Shown here: positions 59,361 to 64,000 of the stretch, in pieces | How the letters are laid out: each line of letters opens with the position of its first letter | Position numbering within the stretch: position 1 is the first letter of the stretch | NCBI GenBank assembly: GCA_025558095.1 | Contig: JAIVFI010000010.1 | Span: forward strand, 248,001 to 312,000 | DNA: 64,000 nt | Source: Hyaloraphidium curvatum SAG 235-1 | Taxonomy: Eukaryota > Fungi > Monoblepharomycota | Direction: 5' to 3' | The notes under the pieces: model-generated | Database searches by the model: none | What the model was told of the DNA's origin: nothing | Seen by the model: only the letters and a program-made list of their open reading frames with translations | Program-made: the position numbers and the translations under genes

Positions 59361-61383
59361 ATGGTGGGCTGGCAGTCTTTGCGCCATGCGACTGCGGATT
59401 TAACGAATTGATTCCTGTGTCGGACTCCGCGGGGCCGCAGCACGGGCGAAAGATCGTCCGTTCCTCGGCGGAGGCCGCCGCGGCCAAGAAGGCCAAGGAC
59501 GCGCAGAAGATCGCGGCCTACCGCGATGCGACGTCCAAACTCGCAGTCAAGGTTCTTGTGGCTTACCATGCCCCGTGAGACGGTTGCTGACGGCCGTCGA
59601 CGCGACAGAGGGCCGCCGGGGAGCTGGACGAGGAAGCGTTCGGTCTGACGTCGACCTTGCTGGGTCAAAACCCGGAGTTCTACACCGGTTGGAACATCAG
59701 GAGGGAGATTTTGGAGACAATTTTCAGCGGCGCGTGGGAATTCCTCGCGAATGGCTTGGGAGGGCGCTGACGGCCGTGCGCGCCAGATCGGAGGAGGAGC
59801 GGCAGTCGCGGTGCAAGGCGGACCTGAGGTTCGGCGAGGACTCGATCAAGCAGAATCCAAAGTCGTACTGGGTGTGGAACCACCGGCGGTGGATCCTGGA
59901 GCACATGCCGCAGCCCGAGTGGGAGCGCGAGTTCAAGCTGGTCACGGCGATGCTGGCCCTCGACGCTCGGAACTGTTCGTCTCTGCACTCCTCCGACGTC
60001 GGCATCTGTTGACGCGCACTGTTTCTGCAGTCCACGGATGGGATTACCGCCGCTGGCTCGTCCAGTCGAGCGGCCTCACGACGCCCAAGGACGAGCTCGA
60101 CTACACGACCAAGAAGATCAACGAGAACTTTTCCAACTACTCGGCATGGCACTACCGTTCCCGGCTGATACCCGCCGTTTACCAAGACCGCGAAGGGCTG
60201 GCGGCCGCCGTGGCGCGCGACCTCGAGACCGTGCGCAACGCGGTGTTTACCGAGCCCGCTGACCAGTCCGCGTGGCTGTACCAGCGGTGGCTTCTCGGAC
60301 GCGGTGGGCTGCACCCAGGTTCCGGTCTCCGCTCGAGCCTAGACTGCTTTCTACACAGCCGATCCGGATCCCACCTGCATTTGCGTCTCGCAAGCCGGCG
60401 GACGACTCTTTGCCCTCTTCAACAACCCCATCCTCTCGCCCTCCGACGCCCTCGACGCCACCCTCACTCCCGCATCCGGAACCGCCCACCAAACCTCCTT
60501 TTCGCCCTGCAGATCTGGCCCTAAGCAGTTTTCCCGGCTCTGGGAATGCCGGCTGCCAGCGGGCCTCGACGCCGCGGGCGCCACCCTCGACCTCTCCCCC
60601 GCATCTGCAGCCGACGCCAAAGGCAGGCCACTATCCTGCAAGCCGCTCACCGTCGGTGCACCACTTTCCCCGCCGGAACCGGAACCGGACAGCGAGGCCC
60701 TCGCCGCCGCCCTCCGTACCGAGGAGGGCTACCTCCGCGAGCTCATCACCCTTGAGCCCGACAGCAAATGTGGGTGCCTCCCCCACCCCTCCGCCGCATC
60801 CTCTCACAGCCGCTCCGTCCCAGGGCCCCTCCTCACCCTCGCCTTCTTCCTCGCCCGGCAGCACGAGCTCCTCCCCTCCTCCCCCTCCCCCGCCGAGGAA
60901 ATCCTCTCCCTCGCCGCGCGCCTTGAGTCCGCGGACCCGGCGCGGGCGGGGCACTACCACGACCTCCGCAGCGCGTGGCTGGTCAGGCGGGCGCTGGCGG
61001 CGCCGGGGAGCGCGCTGGACCTGAAAGGCACGGGGCTGACGGGCGTGCCGGACGCCGAGGCGGCGTTCGATCGGCGGGAGGTGGACCTCTCTGGGAACCC
61101 GGGGCTGCGGACCGCGCCGCTGCACCTCTTCCGGTGCGCGGAGACGGTCGTCCTGGACGGCACCGCCGTCTCTCGGCTGCGCGGGCTGGCGGGCTCGCCC
61201 TCGCTGCGCCGCCTCTCTGCGCGCGGCTGCCCCGTGTCGGATCCGGACGAGGCGGAGGCGGTGCTGCGTTCGTGCCCGGCGCTGGAGGCCTTGGACCTGG
61301 GCGGGTGCCCGGTCGCGGCGGACCCGGGCTTTGCGACCCTGCGTCAGAGGTATCCTGTTCTGTTGGCCACGGCGGAGCCGTAA
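59361..61383 (+). CDS. BET4: Rab geranylgeranyltransferase alpha subunit with C-terminal LRRs
   Basis: M|[61 protein letters not shown] and LRRs (VDLSGNP, LDLGGCP). Confidence 0.88.
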
Positions 61384-61491
61384 CACGAAAGACATAAACT
61401 AATCTATGGGACCGCCCTGCTGCCTCCGCATCCACCGATCCGTTCACATCCCACCTTGCCACGCACGCCCGCGGGCGGAGATGCCGGCGAA

Positions 61492-63327
61492 TCACGCCCA
61501 CGGCGCGCGCGCCTTGTTTGGCGAATCCGACTCCCCGAGCGCCCTCCTCGGCACCGGCGCCACCAGCAAAGGCACCGTCCTCTGCACCTTGCCCTTCCCC
61601 CCCTCTGCGTTCTCCCCCTTCCTCTTGGGCGGCCGCGCGCCCTGCAGCAGCGCGCGGCCCTCGGGCCCGGCAAAGGGGTTCCCGATCCGCGCTCCCTCGG
61701 CGGAGAAGTGCCCGCTGCCCTGCGGCCTGGCCTCTGGCGGCGCGGGGAGGCGGATGACGAGGCGCGGGGGGTCCAGCGGGGAGAGGAGGTCCGCCCCCGC
61801 GGGCGGGGAGAGCAGGTCCGAGGGGGGGCCGCCGGGCGAGAGCACGTCGGGCTCGTTGCCGGCGTGCTTGTGCTTGCCGCTGCGCCGCCGGCTGGTCCGC
61901 GCGCTGCCGTGCTTGCGCCCGCGCTCAAAGTGCCACAGCGGGTGCGCGGCGTCGGCGTCGGGGCCGGGGGGCCGGAAGGCGTCGAGGAAGTCGGGCCGCA
62001 CGGCCCAGCAGTTGCCCTTGCTGCGCGGGCCGGAGCCGCCGAAGGTCGGGCTCAGGAAGCCGTCGGGCGAGGAGAGGTCCGGGCCGGCGTGGTCGGCGGG
62101 CGGGCCGGCGGGGGGCACCTTGACGAAGCAGTCTTGGATGCTGAGGTTGTGCCGCACGCTGTTTGCCCACGGCCCGTCGGCGAAGCGCGCGGGGGCCGCG
62201 GCGCGCATCCACGACAGGATGTACGACAGCGGGGCGCAGCGGTTGGGGTGGTTGAGGATGGCCGAGCCGATCATGGTAACGTAGGTGACCTTGCCGTCGT
62301 CGCGGGGCGTCGACGACGGCGGCGCGATCGGGGCCGGGACGGGGCCGGAACGCGGCGCGGGGGTGCCGACCAGCGTCGCCGTGCTCACGGGCCGCGGCCG
62401 CTGCACGACGGTCGGGTCCGCGGCAGACGGGCTGGGCATCGACGCGGCCGACGACGTGGGGAGCGGGAAAGCCGGCACCTCTCCCGCGCGGCGGGGCGAC
62501 CGCCTCGCCGACGAGTGGTACCGCGGCGTGGAGAGCTGCAGCAGCGCCTTGACGGGGCTCGACGCCGCGATCGCCGCCTCGAGCAGCGCGTCGCTGGGCT
62601 CGGGCGCGGGGGCGCGTGAGGTTGCGGGGGTGTGGAACGCGCGGGCGGGGGATCGCCGGGCGAGCGAGGCCTTGTAGTTGATGGGCGTCTTGAAGGGCAT
62701 GTCGGCGCCGCGCGCGGGCGACGAGGTGGGGGGCACGTCCTCGACGCTCTCGAAGCTGTCCTTGCGGGCCGCGAAGGCGAGCGCGGCGAGCGGGTCGGGC
62801 GGCTGTCACACGTGGTCGGAGGGAAGTGTGAATTGGGATCGCGTGGCGTTTGCGAGTAGCCAACTCACCTGCTCCATCCGCTCGGCGGGAGCGCCATGCG
62901 CGGGCCCCTCGTCCTCCTCCGGAACATCTTCCTCCGAAACTTCCTCGCGGGGCTCGTCTTCCGCCTCCAGAGATCCGTTGTCTTCGGTCTCTTCCTCCTC
63001 CGGCGCCTCCTCGGCCGCATACTCGCCTTCATCAGGCCCGTCTTCTGGCAGGATCAGGATCCCGTTGTCTTCCGACGCCTCCGACGCCGCGTCGTCCGCC
63101 TCCACTTCATCCTCCACGTCGCCTCCAAAGCTCCCTTCTCCCTCTTCCCTTGCAGGCTCGCCCCACTCCGCCCCATCACCGCCGTCGGGACCCTCCCAGT
63201 TTCCCTCGCTTGCCAGCCAGTCCGCCTCGCTCCGCGGGTCGTCCGCGCAGCTGCTCAGGAAGGTCGAGCTGCCACCCAGGCCGAGCGGCACGGCGTGGGG
63301 GCCGGGCGTCAGCGCCGGCGGGGGCAT
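61492..63327 (-). CDS. Forkhead-box transcription factor with acidic N-terminus
   Basis: TYVTMIGSAIL, LSYILSW, WANSVRHNLSIQDCFVKVP and KGNCWAV; one intron at about 62805-62868. Confidence 0.85.
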
Positions 63328-64000
63328 GTCCCGGCGGGCGCGGGGTGATCAGCGGCAGGGGTGCAGGTGGGGGTGCTGCGGGGGTCCAGGCAGGGTGCAC
63401 GGGGTGCGGAGTGCGGCGGCTAATGCGGGGCAGGTGTGCGGGGGGGTGCGGCGGGGTGTGCGGGGGCGCGAGGGGCGTTGACAGATGACAGCTGACAGGC
63501 GCGGCACTGTTTGCCGGCGCTCCCCGGCGTGCGTGCGGCAGATCCGGCGCGACCACCGCCGGGGCGAGTGCGGCGCGGGCCGGCCGTGCGCAGTACAGGG
63601 CGCACCGGGCCGGCGGACGTGCGTGCAGCGTGCCAGCCGGGTAGGATCTGGGAGGCGGGGCCGTGTTTGGGTCGCGCGTGGCTCGCGGGACTCGGCCTAG
63701 GCAATTGCCGCGCTTCGTCCGGGACTCCACTTCCCCGCCTCCCACGATGCGGCCGGCCCTCCGCTGCCTGTCTCGGGCGGCACCGCGATTGGCCGCCCCT
63801 CTGCGCGCACCCCCCGTGCCCCGCGCCCTCCCCGCCGTCCTCCCGCGGCCACCTCCCGCCGCCCTTGCGCGACCCGCTCCCCCCGCGAGTTTGGCCCCGC
63901 CCTTCCGCGGCCTCGCCTCCGCTGCCGCCGCCGCCCTCCCCGCCGACGACGACGACCGCCCCTTCTCGCCGCACCCCCCTCCCACCCCCGCCGCACACGC

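Noticed and set aside
63330-64000. Extremely GC-rich, G/C-skewed stretch with several ORFs
   Set aside because: No credible protein; probably the forkhead 5' region or promoter, truncated by the window edge.

Overview
Gene-dense, GC-rich eukaryotic DNA with many short (about 50-75 nt) GT-AG introns that usually carry a CTGAC/CTAAC-type branch point, so the ORF track splits most genes and contains many spurious antisense ORFs. The gene content is opisthokont and fungal-looking but retains animal-type genes (OGT, TRAF-like proteins, a STRAD-like pseudokinase, GPAT3/4, RabGGTase alpha with LRRs). This suggests an early-diverging (zoosporic) fungus, which is an inference. I reconstructed about 31 protein-coding genes. 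Housekeeping genes include SGF11, MCM6, NAT9, PRP31, DUS3, AP-1 mu, ATG12, PRX5, pelota, BET4, a forkhead factor and a CAMK. An accessory-looking block at about 11.5-30.7 kb holds an intronless tandem class III nucleotide cyclase with split catalytic residues, three RING/zinc-finger TRAF-like paralogues, a kelch protein and a very large Cas4/RecB-type nuclease fused to an SF1 helicase. Non-coding signals include a 40-bp direct repeat flanking MCM6, an inverted decayed copy of the PRX5 5' end, a box C/D-like kink-turn RNA candidate and CGCGATC palindromes in divergent promoters. Exon boundaries were inferred by eye, and all family assignments come from recognised motifs, not database searches.
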